A stretch of 32,000 bases of DNA from an uncultured bacterium (GTDB lineage: Bacteria > Patescibacteriota > Gracilibacteria > UBA1369 > PNNO01). Positions 9,292 through 18,728 of the stretch are shown in pieces; position 1 is the first letter of the stretch; every line of letters begins with the position of its first letter. A program made the position numbers and the translations under genes. The stretch spans positions 450,001 through 482,000 of the forward strand of contig OY969931.1 of the NCBI GenBank assembly GCA_963704705.1. Direction: 5' to 3'. A model generated the notes under the pieces. That model made no database searches. It saw nothing but the letters and a program-made list of their open reading frames with translations, and was not told the origin of the DNA.

Positions 9292-10373
9292 ATTAATTTT
9301 TTTATCTTACTTTTGAACTTTGACTGGTCAAACTTTTCTGCATGTTTTCTTATCAGCATTGGTTTGTATTTTTTTTCATTTAGAAGGAGTCTTGCAAGTC
9401 CGGCTTCCATTGATTCCACGGTTGGTTTTGTGAAAAACTCACCGGTTTCACCTTCAATAACTGTTTCGGTAACTCCGCCGCGACCATAGGCAAGAACCGG
9501 CTTGCCGCAGGCCATTGCTTCAACAGGTGTTATCCCAAAATCTTCTTCACCAGGGAAAACAAATGCTCTGCAGTTCATAAAGTATTCCGCTGTTTCACGG
9601 TCTGATTTGAATCCCAAAAACTGAATATTAGGGCCGGCAATAGACTGTAAATATTCGCGCTGGGGTCCGTCACCAATAATAACAAGTTCCTTATTTATCT
9701 TATTAAAAAGCTTTATTGCCAGATCGATTTTTTTATAAGGCGTCAGAGTTGAAACAATCAAAAAATAATTTTGATGTTTTCGTCCGGCTTTAAATCTTGA
9801 AATATCAACAGGCGGATAAATAATCGGTGCTTCCATGCGGTAATATTTTCGAATTCTTCCCTGAACTGTACGCGAATTAGCAATATATTCATCAACGCGA
9901 TCTGCCGCTATCTGATCCCATAATCTCACTTTGCTCAACAAATAACTCGCGAGTCCCCGCTTTATGCGCCCGAGATTTTGCTCTTTCATGTATTCATCTT
10001 TCCAGTCCCAGGCATAGCGCATAGGGGAGTGGCAGTAGCAAATGTGCTTTGTGTCGGTGTTGGTGATGATGCCGTGCGCGTAAGCTGAATTTGAACTTAA
10101 AACAATGTCATAACCGCTTAAATCAAACTTTTCAATTGCTTTGGGCATTTTAGAAAACAAATATTTCTGGCGGCTCCTTAAAAATTTTGGAAGTTTTTGT
10201 AAGTCTGAAGTTCGCACTCTTTCCTTAGGAAATACCGAGCCAACCGCTTTTTCGTCATATAACAAAGTGTAAATCGGCGCATCAGGAAACATATCCGCCA
10301 AAACTTTCAAAACGCGTTCTGCGCCTCCGAGCTTCAATAAAAAATCATGTACTAATGCTATTTTTTTGGCCAT
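9279..10373 (-). CDS. Glycosyltransferase family 4 (GT-B)
   Basis: Start taken at MAKKIALVHDFLLKLGGAERVL (ATG 10371-10373). ICYCHSPMRYAWD, STLTPYKKIDLAI and FPGEEDFGITPVEAMACGKPVLAYGRGGVTETV are typical GT4 motifs. Confidence 0.94.
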   Translation of the reverse strand: MAKKIALVHDFLLKLGGAERVLKVLADMFPDAPIYTLLYDEKAVGSVFPKERVRTSDLQKLPKFLRSRQKYLFSKMPKAIEKFDLSGYDIVLSSNSAYAHGIITNTDTKHICYCHSPMRYAWDWKDEYMKEQNLGRIKRGLASYLLSKVRLWDQIAADRVDEYIANSRTVQGRIRKYYRMEAPIIYPPVDISRFKAGRKHQNYFLIVSTLTPYKKIDLAIKLFNKINKELVIIGDGPQREYLQSIAGPNIQFLGFKSDRETAEYFMNCRAFVFPGEEDFGITPVEAMACGKPVLAYGRGGVTETVIEGETGEFFTKPTVESMEAGLARLLLNEKKYKPMLIRKHAEKFDQSKFKSKIKKLICLP

Positions 10374-10374
10374 T

Positions 10375-12099
10375 TTACTTCCAATAATCAAATAATTGTT
10401 TAAGTGTGCGGGTATTAAGGACATCCTTTTTCTCGAGCCAACCGCGGCGTGCTATGTAAATTCCGTACTGCATATATACTCTTTGCGAAGTGTGATGCGA
10501 ATCGGTTCCTATTACAATTTTAACGCCTTTTTCTTTTGCTCTTCTCAAATATATATCATTTAAATCTAGCCTTAATGGCTGAGCATTAAGCTCAAGTGCG
10601 ACTTTGTATTCTTTTGCAGCATCAATAATTGCGTCCATATCAACATCAAACGGGTCACGGCGATTTATAAGCCTGCCTGTTGGATGCCCGATTATTTTAA
10701 CATAAGGATTACTCATTGCCTTAATAATTCTGTCTGTCATTTTTGCTTTTGGAAGAGTGAAGCCAGAATGGATTGAAGCAGGAAAAATATCCATTTGAGC
10801 CAAAATCTCGTTGCTAAAATCAAGATTTCCGTCCTTTAAAATATCAACTTCGCTTCCTTTTAAAATTTTAAAATCTTTATCTTCGTATTGTTTATTTAGT
10901 TTATCAATTTGTTTGTATTGCTTTAGTAAACGTTTTGAGTCGAGTCCGTTTGCAATTACAGAAGTTTTAGAGTGATCTGTGATAGCAATGTATTTATATC
11001 CGGCTTTATAGCAATTTTCCACAACTGTTTCCAAATCCTGTGTGCCATCGGATTCATTTGTATGCATGTGAAGATCACCTTTAATATCTTTGAGTTCAAT
11101 TGAAACAGGCAATTTGCCTTTTAATGCGGCTTCTATTTCACCATCATTTTTTCGAAGTTCAGGGATAATATATGGCAGACCAACTGCTTTAAACACTTCT
11201 TCTTCGGTTTTGCCGGCGATTCGTTTATTGCCTTTAAATACACCATATTCGCTTACTTTCAGCCCCTTCTTTTTTGCACGGTCTCTGATAGCAATATTGT
11301 GAGCTTTTGATCCTGTAAAATAATGCAGGGCAGCACCATAAGTACTTGGCTCAACCACGCGCAAATCAACTTGAATTCCGGTAATAAGAACAATGCTGGA
11401 CTTTGTTGCTCCGTGAGCAAGTACTTCTTCAACTTCAGAATATTTAATAAAGTGATTCATGATTTCAGCAGCATCTTTTTTTGAACTTGAAACCAGAATA
11501 TCAATATCACCGACTGTTTCTTTGCGCCTTCTTAAACTTCCGCCATATTGAATATTTTTTACTGATTTTTTCTTTTTCAAATATTCAATAATCAGATTGG
11601 CTTCTTCAAGTGCAAACGGCATTAATGTACGCTGCGAAAATCTTTGCATATCATCAATTGCTTTTAAAATTCCCAGTTCTGTTTTTTCTCCCATACCTGG
11701 CAGTACGTGGATTTTTCCGCTTCTGCAGGCCTTTTCTAATTCTTTGAGTGATTTTAGGCCAAGTGTTATATAGAACATTTTTACTTTTTTGGGACCAACT
11801 CCGCGAAGCCGAAGCATATCCAAAACCCCGTTTGGAATTTCTTCAAGTAGGCGCTGATGCATATCGCATTTGCCGGTTTCAATAATCTCAACAATTTTAA
11901 GATATAGATCTTTGCCGATACCTTTGATTTCAAGGATTTTTTTTGGATCTTTTTTATATACTTTGCCTAAATCAGTAGCTAGATTTCTTATTATTTGAGC
12001 TGCTCTTTGGTATGCAAGTATCTTAAAACGATTCTCATCTTTTATTTCGAGAATATCTCCGATTTCTTGAAAAATTTCAGAGATTTGCTGATTAATCAT
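10375..12099 (-). CDS. polX: PolX-family DNA polymerase/3'-5' exonuclease (pol beta-like + PHP domain)
   Basis: Start MINQQISEIFQEIGDILEIKDENRFKILAYQRAAQ; HhH segments, GGSLRRRKETVGDIDILV nucleotidyltransferase motif, and PHP domain DLHMHTNESDGTQDLE...ITDHSK...GTDSHH. Confidence 0.96.
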   Translation of the reverse strand: MINQQISEIFQEIGDILEIKDENRFKILAYQRAAQIIRNLATDLGKVYKKDPKKILEIKGIGKDLYLKIVEIIETGKCDMHQRLLEEIPNGVLDMLRLRGVGPKKVKMFYITLGLKSLKELEKACRSGKIHVLPGMGEKTELGILKAIDDMQRFSQRTLMPFALEEANLIIEYLKKKKSVKNIQYGGSLRRRKETVGDIDILVSSSKKDAAEIMNHFIKYSEVEEVLAHGATKSSIVLITGIQVDLRVVEPSTYGAALHYFTGSKAHNIAIRDRAKKKGLKVSEYGVFKGNKRIAGKTEEEVFKAVGLPYIIPELRKNDGEIEAALKGKLPVSIELKDIKGDLHMHTNESDGTQDLETVVENCYKAGYKYIAITDHSKTSVIANGLDSKRLLKQYKQIDKLNKQYEDKDFKILKGSEVDILKDGNLDFSNEILAQMDIFPASIHSGFTLPKAKMTDRIIKAMSNPYVKIIGHPTGRLINRRDPFDVDMDAIIDAAKEYKVALELNAQPLRLDLNDIYLRRAKEKGVKIVIGTDSHHTSQRVYMQYGIYIARRGWLEKKDVLNTRTLKQLFDYWK

Positions 12100-12140
12100 G
12101 TATTTAGGATATCTTAAAATTAAAAACTTGTGAATACCGT

Positions 12141-12168
12141 TTGATATAAAGCAAAAATATGTTATAAT
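12141..12168 (+). promoter_or_regulatory. Putative sigma70-type promoter (TTGATA - 16 bp - TATAAT, extended -10 TGT)
   Basis: TTGATA 12141-12146; TGT+TATAAT 12160-12168. The ATG at 12175 lies about 7 nt downstream of the -10. Confidence 0.6.
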
Positions 12169-12174
12169 AAATAA

Positions 12175-14013
12175 ATGAATAATAAACAAAATAAAACAAA
12201 AACTGCGCCTGAAAATGCTGAAAAGCAACCTGTTACAAAAGAAGAATTAACAGTTTTTTTTAAGAAAATAAAATTTTCAAAATTTTTAGATGCTGAAGCC
12301 CTGCTTCTAGCTGCTAAAAAGGAAAAAACCAGAATACAATTTGAAGATCCGAATGTGATTAAAATTTTGGCAAAGAGTAATGTGCCAAATTTAAAAATAA
12401 TTGCTGCAAAACTGGCTGTTATAACAAAGAATCAGGAACTCGAAGCCTTGTTTGTAGAGGAAACAGATCCTAAAATTTTTGCGGAATTAATTAAAACTGA
12501 GAATCCAAAAACAGCACTTTTATTAAGTGAAAAAAAAGATATGACAAGCGAAATGCTGAATGATTTAAAAGATAATGCACTTAATATTTTAAAATTTATT
12601 GCGCCGGTAGTTGCAAGCAGAATATTGATTTCAATTGTCAGAAATCCAAATGTATTAAGAAGCACTTTGTATTCTATTATCTACAACACGAGAGATAACA
12701 TGGTTTTGAAGAATATTTTATGGTCGTCAAAATTAACTTCAAGAATGCTTACCGTCATCATTTCTCTAAATATACAAAATACTACTTTGATTCTTTATGC
12801 GCTTAAATCACCTCTTGCAAATATTAATCATTTTAAATATGTACTTAACAAATCAGATAACCGAAGAATAATTGAATTTTGCGCCAAGCAAAAAGACGCG
12901 GAAATCATTGAGTTTATGGCTTCATTAAATAAAGGCATAGATTTATTACTAAAAAATCCATTTATTACTTTAAGTGCTTTGCTGATCATAGTAAGGCAGA
13001 ATATTGCTAATGTTGAAGTCATTCAAAAAGTTTTACTTCACAGAAAAGTGAAAAATTATACGGCCTTGTGGGACTTTGTTTTGGAAAATTCTAATAATCA
13101 AAAGATTCTCGATTTGTGTGCTGCTTCTGGAAACGCTTTATTCCGACTTAAAATTGCTCAATCATTTTCTCAAAAACTATCGGATGAAGTATTTAAAAAA
13201 TTATTAAAAGATGAAAATAAAAAAGTTTCTGATGCATTAAAAAATCATAAGGACGAGAGCGTCAGAATTAGGGTTTCCAAATTAATTGATGACAAAGACT
13301 ACTTGCTTGATAAGGCTGTAACAAGCCAAAGTACAAAAGTTAAGGTGGCTATTGCCCAAAGAGAAAAATTGGATGCGGAAGTAGAACTTGGGTTATTAAA
13401 AAATAGAAACAAAGAGGTCTATTTGGCTCTTGCAAGGAGAACAGGAGACATAACAACAGCTACAGAAGAAAAACTTGCTTTAACAAAAGATCCGCAAATT
13501 CTAATTGCTTTAAGTCAGCGTGAAATTATTAAATCCAAAACAGTTTTAAGTTTACTTGCGGGTTCGGCAATTGAAGAAATTGAAATGAATTTAATTAAAA
13601 ACGCAAACAATAAAAGCATTCATAAAATGCTTATTAAAGAAACAAACAGTATAAAAGTGGCCAATTATATTTTGGGAAATTCAAACGTGGAAGAAAGAAT
13701 CGCATTGGCACAAAAAGATTTTGAAAGAAATAATCCATTATTAAAAACACTAACATTAGAAATTCTAAAAGATCCCGAAGTGCGGGTTAGAGCGGCCTTT
13801 TTATCAAACAGAACTTTACTTGAGCAAATATGGAATGTGATTCATCGTAAAAATGAACAAACAAAATCCAATCCTTTTTTTAAAGCATTTTTAATATTTC
13901 AGGCTGATCAAAACCCTTTAATAAGAAGCAAATTTAATAAATTAACAGAAAGACTTTCAACAGCTGAAAAAGAAGAAGTTAAAAGAATGTTTATTAAGAA
14001 ACAAGCAGTTTAA
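12175..14013 (+). CDS. HEAT/leucine-rich-variant-like alpha-helical repeat protein
   Basis: 612 aa with repeated helical units such as DPNVIKILAKSNVPNLKIIAAKLAV, NKEVYLALARR, DPQILIALSQRE, SNVEERIALAQKD and DPEVRVRAAFLSN. No enzymatic motif seen. Confidence 0.75.
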   Translation: MNNKQNKTKTAPENAEKQPVTKEELTVFFKKIKFSKFLDAEALLLAAKKEKTRIQFEDPNVIKILAKSNVPNLKIIAAKLAVITKNQELEALFVEETDPKIFAELIKTENPKTALLLSEKKDMTSEMLNDLKDNALNILKFIAPVVASRILISIVRNPNVLRSTLYSIIYNTRDNMVLKNILWSSKLTSRMLTVIISLNIQNTTLILYALKSPLANINHFKYVLNKSDNRRIIEFCAKQKDAEIIEFMASLNKGIDLLLKNPFITLSALLIIVRQNIANVEVIQKVLLHRKVKNYTALWDFVLENSNNQKILDLCAASGNALFRLKIAQSFSQKLSDEVFKKLLKDENKKVSDALKNHKDESVRIRVSKLIDDKDYLLDKAVTSQSTKVKVAIAQREKLDAEVELGLLKNRNKEVYLALARRTGDITTATEEKLALTKDPQILIALSQREIIKSKTVLSLLAGSAIEEIEMNLIKNANNKSIHKMLIKETNSIKVANYILGNSNVEERIALAQKDFERNNPLLKTLTLEILKDPEVRVRAAFLSNRTLLEQIWNVIHRKNEQTKSNPFFKAFLIFQADQNPLIRSKFNKLTERLSTAEKEEVKRMFIKKQAV

Positions 14014-15094
14014 TTGTTTTTTCAATCGCACTGTCCCATTTGAATTTAGCTAATTGCGCTCTTTGAATGTCGTATTTTTCTTTTTTCAAATCCGGATTTT
14101 TTACCAGTTTAACAAGACCTTCTTCAATTGATTCAATTTTATACGGGTCAACATAAATAGCTCCTTCACCGGCAACTTCCGGCAATGATGCTGTATTCGA
14201 GGTCAAAACCGGCTTCCCGTATGTGTAAGCTTCCAAAACAGGAAATCCAAATCCTTCGTATAAAGTTGGGAAAACAAATGCATCACAATATTTTAAAAGA
14301 ACATGTTTTTCGCGGTCAGTAATATATCCGGGCATTAAAACACCGCTAAAAATATCTGATTTTAATGATTTTTTAAGTAATTTAGTGAAACCATGGCCGC
14401 GGGAACCAGCCAGAATAAGCTTATAATTTGCAAAATTCTCTTTGAATTTATTAAACGCTTTCATTAATCTGTAGATATTTTTCTTTTCTTCAAGCCTGCC
14501 AATAAACAAAAAGAAATGATCGCTTCTTTTTATTCCAAGTTTTTCAAATAATTCTCTTTCAAATTCAGCAGGGAAATTTATAGGTTTGAATTCATGGCCA
14601 TGATGAATCACTTTAATTTTTTCATCAGGACATTTAAAGAAATGCCTCAGGTCTTTTGCTGTTGCTTCACTTGGCACAATAATTGTTGAGGCTTTTTTCA
14701 CTGCCCGTTTTGTTTCGCGTTTAAGATACCAAAACTGAAATCGCGAATATGCCTCGCGCATGTGCATAAAAGCAACATCGTGCACTGTAATAATGCAGCG
14801 TTTTGGGCTGAAATAAGGCAAAACATGTGAAGGTACAAATAATACATCTGGCTTATGAAAAAGCATTTCCAAAGAGAGCCTCACCTTTGTCCAAAGCCTT
14901 TTAAATGGAATTAATCTGTGTTTAATATTTCGTGCCTTAAAAAGCATTAATTTTCGCGGAGTATAAAGTATGAGCTCGTGTTCGGGATTATGTTTAAAAT
15001 GCTCGATTAAACCCTGAATAATTTTTACAGAATAAAGCTCAACGCCTGTGCCGTTTTTAACATTGTACCTTGATGCATCAACTCCTATTTTCAT
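13994..15094 (-). CDS. Glycosyltransferase family 4 (GT-B)
   Basis: 366 aa; KIGVDASRYNVKNGTGVELYSVKIIQGL, HDVAFMHM, FIGRLEEKKNIYRLMKAF, FVFPTLYEGFGFPVLEAYTYGKPVLTSNTASLPEVAG. Confidence 0.95.
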   Translation of the reverse strand: MKIGVDASRYNVKNGTGVELYSVKIIQGLIEHFKHNPEHELILYTPRKLMLFKARNIKHRLIPFKRLWTKVRLSLEMLFHKPDVLFVPSHVLPYFSPKRCIITVHDVAFMHMREAYSRFQFWYLKRETKRAVKKASTIIVPSEATAKDLRHFFKCPDEKIKVIHHGHEFKPINFPAEFERELFEKLGIKRSDHFFLFIGRLEEKKNIYRLMKAFNKFKENFANYKLILAGSRGHGFTKLLKKSLKSDIFSGVLMPGYITDREKHVLLKYCDAFVFPTLYEGFGFPVLEAYTYGKPVLTSNTASLPEVAGEGAIYVDPYKIESIEEGLVKLVKNPDLKKEKYDIQRAQLAKFKWDSAIEKTIKLLVS

Positions 15095-15714
15095 TTGTGT
15101 GATTTAAGTTCTGCGTGGGCTAGTGTCATTCCATAGATTAGCTTAAATCCTGCTTTTTTTAAAGTAATTGCAGCTTCATTCATTGTTGAAAATGTTGTGC
15201 AGATGTCATCAAGAATTATCAAAGGAGTGCTTTTAGATAAAGTAATTTGCTTATTTATTTCAAAAGAATTTTTAATGTTTTCAGTTCTGTCATGTTTGTT
15301 TAAAGTTGCCTGCGAATTTGTATTTTTGATTCTTATTAATAATTTTGATATTGGTTGTTTTAAATTTTGCGCAAGAATTTCGGATTGATTAAAACCTCTA
15401 TATTTAAGGCGTTTTTTGTGAAGGGGGATTGGCACAATATGGGAATTTTCAGGATATCTGAAATGTGAAAAGAGTTCCGTCAGTTCCAAAGAGATTTCTT
15501 TATAAAAAGAATATTTAAGTTTATGCACGGCTTTGCGTAAAACAGGATTTTGATGAAGATAACAGGGGATAAATAGTTCAATAAAATTTAAATTATTTAT
15601 TTTAGGATTTGTTATTTTTATTTGAGAAAAACATGCGTCACATAAGAATTTGCCTTCTTTATGGCAATTAATGCATGATTTTGGAAATAATAATTCAATG
15701 AATTTATTTAACAT
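15091..15714 (-). CDS. comF: ComF-family phosphoribosyltransferase-like protein
   Basis: 207 aa; N-terminal Cys pairs (CINCHKEGKFLCDAC), VPIPLHKKRLKYRGFNQSEILAQNL, and PRPP loop PLIILDDICTTFSTMNEAA. Confidence 0.92.
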   Translation of the reverse strand: MLNKFIELLFPKSCINCHKEGKFLCDACFSQIKITNPKINNLNFIELFIPCYLHQNPVLRKAVHKLKYSFYKEISLELTELFSHFRYPENSHIVPIPLHKKRLKYRGFNQSEILAQNLKQPISKLLIRIKNTNSQATLNKHDRTENIKNSFEINKQITLSKSTPLIILDDICTTFSTMNEAAITLKKAGFKLIYGMTLAHAELKSHK

Positions 15715-15746
15715 GCAAAAATCTTAACAATAAATTATTAAGAAAA

Positions 15747-15775
15747 CTTAAAATTTTTATAAAAAATGTTATAAT
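15747..15775 (+). promoter_or_regulatory. Putative promoter for the SLH gene (CTTAAA - 17 bp - TATAAT, extended -10)
   Basis: TGTTATAAT at 15767-15775; gene start at 15804. Confidence 0.5.
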
Positions 15776-15803
15776 CTTATAGATAAAAATTAACTTTAGT
15801 TAA

Positions 15804-16712
15804 ATGAAAAAATATATAAGTATGCTGATGATTGTTTCTTTTCTTTTTGCACACACAGCCCTTGCTGAAGCACAGTATGTTGAAGCTGATGATGTTGTTC
15901 CTATTGAAATTAGTGCTGCCTTTGTTTCCGATGGGATTTTGGATATAACCTGGGATGAACCTCAGGAAACTGATTTGGAAACTTTTAAACTTTATAAATC
16001 AACAACAAACAGTGTTCCTGACGAAGACTATGTTTTAAATAGTAAAGTCTCAACAGAATATGAAGAAGAAGCATCTGATGGCGTTTCTTATTACAGAATG
16101 TGTGTTTATACAATTTTGAAAACTAAAAAATGCGGAAATGTTGTTGCTGTAAGAGGTGCGTGGAATACGGTTTTAGATCCGATTGTTGAAGGTTTTGATG
16201 ATATTGACGGACATTGGGCAAAACAATATATTGAAAAATTACGGGTGATGAATGTGGTTCAGGGTGATGGTAATGGAAATTTTGAACCTAATCGCAATAT
16301 AGTCAGAGCTGAGGCAATAAAAATTTTAATGCTTGCTTTTGGAATTGGAGGTACAAGCTGTCATTTGGGTATATTTCCTGATATGAGTGTGAATGACTGG
16401 TTTTGTGATGTGGTAAGTAAGGCTAATCAAAACGGTTATGTTGAGGGTGATGATGGGTATTTATTTCCGGGCCGTGAAATCACACGAGCCGAAGCAGTTA
16501 AAGTTGTTTTGGAAATTAAAGGTGCCGATGTACCTGAAATAACTGAAAAGCCGTTTGATGATGTTGATTTGGACCGGTGGTATGCTAAATATGTTGCCAA
16601 AGCAAAGGAACTTAACATTGTTCAGGGAGTAGGTGGAGGCTTATTTGAACCAAATCGTTCAATCACACGAGCTGAATTATCTAAAGTCGCAGTTGAAGCT
16701 GCTCAGCTTTAA
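15804..16712 (+). CDS. Secreted envelope protein with FN3-like segment and three S-layer homology (SLH) domains
   Basis: Signal peptide MKKYISMLMIVSFLFAHTALAEAQ; SLH units DDIDGHWAKQYIEKLRVMNVVQGDGNGNFEPNRNIVRAEAIKI, PDMSVNDWFCDVVSKANQNGYVEGDDGYLFPGREITRAEAVKV and DDVDLDRWYAKYVAKAKELNIVQG..FEPNRSITRAELSK. Confidence 0.93.
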   Translation: MKKYISMLMIVSFLFAHTALAEAQYVEADDVVPIEISAAFVSDGILDITWDEPQETDLETFKLYKSTTNSVPDEDYVLNSKVSTEYEEEASDGVSYYRMCVYTILKTKKCGNVVAVRGAWNTVLDPIVEGFDDIDGHWAKQYIEKLRVMNVVQGDGNGNFEPNRNIVRAEAIKILMLAFGIGGTSCHLGIFPDMSVNDWFCDVVSKANQNGYVEGDDGYLFPGREITRAEAVKVVLEIKGADVPEITEKPFDDVDLDRWYAKYVAKAKELNIVQGVGGGLFEPNRSITRAELSKVAVEAAQL

Positions 16713-16726
16713 TTAACAATATAAAT

Positions 16727-17575
16727 ATGAAAGATTCCCGATTAACACAAAGTTTGAGCATTTCACTATTAGGAATGTTAATAAGCGTAGTAGCTTTTAT
16801 AATTTTAGGTTATGCAGAAGGCTTGTATCATAATTTAAATCAAATAAGATGGCTTCCTTTAATTGAAGATACACAAGTACTAGACCTCGCGGATGGTATG
16901 GTTAAAATTGAGGGACAACCCGAGGCATTGTCATCACTCAGAGCAGAAGGCAGCGATGATGATCTTTTGTATTATAAAAAAGTTTATGAAGAAAAAATTG
17001 ATAATGAATGGACTGAAGTAAGAACGGATGAAACGATTTTGGATTTTAAAATCAATGGTTATTTGGTAAGTCCTAAACCCGCTTTGAAATTATTTGATCT
17101 GCAGCAAATTTCAGTTAATGAAACAGACACAACAAGACAAACAGTTTATGGTGTATCAACAAAAGATAAACTTATTGTTGTAGGTGCACTTAAAGATAAT
17201 AAAATACAGGGAGGTGAAATTTTTGCAATTTCAAATAATACAAATGAGGTTCTTGAAAAAGAGTTAAAAAATTTGATACACGATGATTGGTGGATTCTAA
17301 GATTATTAGCCTGGGGATTGTTAACATTCGGCATTATTGCTTTCTTCCTTCCGGTAATGCAATTGCTTGAAATATTGCCTGAACTTGGACCAATAGTTAT
17401 TTTAATGTTTATTGGAGGCGCTATTGCCTTAGGATTTTTAATAGTAGCTATTGAAACTATGATTTTTGCTTATTGGTATCTGATTTTTATAATTTTAATA
17501 TTTATAATTTATTTATTATTCAGAATTTTGTGTTGCAAAAAAAAGGGCACGAAAGAACTTAAATTTATTCCTTAA
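16727..17575 (+). CDS. Multi-pass membrane protein, GIDE/TMEM43-like
   Basis: 282 aa with N-terminal TM, soluble domain containing LEDTQVLDLADGMVKIEGQP...DDLLYYKKVYEEK...LIVVGALKD, then C-terminal TM cluster. Family assignment is by resemblance only. Confidence 0.55.
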   Translation: MKDSRLTQSLSISLLGMLISVVAFIILGYAEGLYHNLNQIRWLPLIEDTQVLDLADGMVKIEGQPEALSSLRAEGSDDDLLYYKKVYEEKIDNEWTEVRTDETILDFKINGYLVSPKPALKLFDLQQISVNETDTTRQTVYGVSTKDKLIVVGALKDNKIQGGEIFAISNNTNEVLEKELKNLIHDDWWILRLLAWGLLTFGIIAFFLPVMQLLEILPELGPIVILMFIGGAIALGFLIVAIETMIFAYWYLIFIILIFIIYLLFRILCCKKKGTKELKFIP

Positions 17576-17586
17576 ATTTTGTAATT

Positions 17587-18135
17587 ATGGTTTTACTTGA
17601 ATCTTTAAATTTACCTCCAGGCTCAAAAGCTCACGATTTTAATTTACCAGGTATTGACGGCGCTGATCATTCTCTTGAAAGTTACAATGATGCCAAAATT
17701 TTAGTGATTATATTTATGTGTAATCATTGTCCTTATGTTCAGGCTGTAATTTCCCGGCTGATTCAGCTTCAGGAAGTTTTTAAAGATAAAAGTGTGCAAT
17801 TTGTTGGAATAAATGCCAATGAAAGCGATAATTATCCTGAAGACAGTTTTGAGAAAATGCCTGAATTTGCGCAAGATTGGAAAATGAATTTTCCTTATTT
17901 AAGAGATGAATCACAGGAAGTTGCAAAGTTATATAAAGCACAATGCACACCTGATATTTTTGTTTACGACAAAGAGCGTAAATTGGTTTATCATGGAAGA
18001 ATCGATGACGATTGGCAGCATGAAGATCAGGTTACTAAAGAAGAGTTAAGGGAAGCATTAGATGCACTTGTGAAAGATGAAAAAGTAGCTGAAAAACAAA
18101 ATCCATCGATGGGTTGCTCTATTAAATGGAAATAG
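17587..18135 (+). CDS. Thioredoxin-family / AhpC-TSA-like redoxin
   Basis: 182 aa; ILVIIFMCNHCPYVQAVISRL (CxxC), VQFVGINANESDNYPEDSFEKM, CTPDIFVYDKERKLVYHGRIDD. Confidence 0.9.
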   Translation: MVLLESLNLPPGSKAHDFNLPGIDGADHSLESYNDAKILVIIFMCNHCPYVQAVISRLIQLQEVFKDKSVQFVGINANESDNYPEDSFEKMPEFAQDWKMNFPYLRDESQEVAKLYKAQCTPDIFVYDKERKLVYHGRIDDDWQHEDQVTKEELREALDALVKDEKVAEKQNPSMGCSIKWK

Positions 18136-18161
18136 TTATAATAAACTCCGCTAATTTCCTA

Positions 18162-18728
18162 ATTATGAATCAAGACAATACACAACAACCACAACCACCA
18201 AAAGACCAAGGGCAAGGTCAGCAGAGCCAGGGCCAGAGTCAGCCGACTGCTCCAACGCCTCCGACTCCGCCAACGCCACCACCAACTGGAATGCCCCTTA
18301 TGCCTGGCATGGGCACTCCTCCGCCAGCTGAACCGGAAGATAATACACCGGCGAATTTTCAGTTAGGTCAAATGTTTACTGATGGAATCAAACTTAAATT
18401 ACCTGCGCATGCTGAAACAACATTTGATGATGACAAGTTTATAAATCTTCTTGCATCTTCAATTTCTCTTTCAAAAGTTGAAAAAAAGCGCATTGTTGAT
18501 GCTATTCCAAAGTTGAAACAATGGCAGGTAGATGAGCTGATGAATATCTTTACCGAAGAAAAGCAGAAATTTGCACAGCTTTCAAAAAAACATGTTCCAC
18601 AGCTTGAAAAACTGGCAAAACAGCACTACGAAGAATGGCGTGATCTTGAAATGGGTCAGGAACAGGCTGGTAAAAGCGAAGAAGATAAAGCAAAAGCTGA
18701 AGAAATCAGAAAAAGTCTTGGATTATAA
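18162..18728 (+). CDS. Hypothetical protein with Gln/Pro-rich N-terminus; paralog of the 1098-1658 product
   Basis: ORF 18126-18728 as given. The internal start MNQDNTQQPQPP at about 18162 avoids most of the overlap with the redoxin gene. C-terminal half matches the 1098-1658 product. Confidence 0.6.
   Translation: MMNQDNTQQPQPPKDQGQGQQSQGQSQPTAPTPPTPPTPPPTGMPLMPGMGTPPPAEPEDNTPANFQLGQMFTDGIKLKLPAHAETTFDDDKFINLLASSISLSKVEKKRIVDAIPKLKQWQVDELMNIFTEEKQKFAQLSKKHVPQLEKLAKQHYEEWRDLEMGQEQAGKSEEDKAKAEEIRKSLGL

Noticed and set aside
16053-16700. Tandem DNA repeats in the SLH gene
   Set aside because: The repetition is at protein-domain level (three diverged SLH units), as expected for this family, and not a recent DNA tandem duplication.
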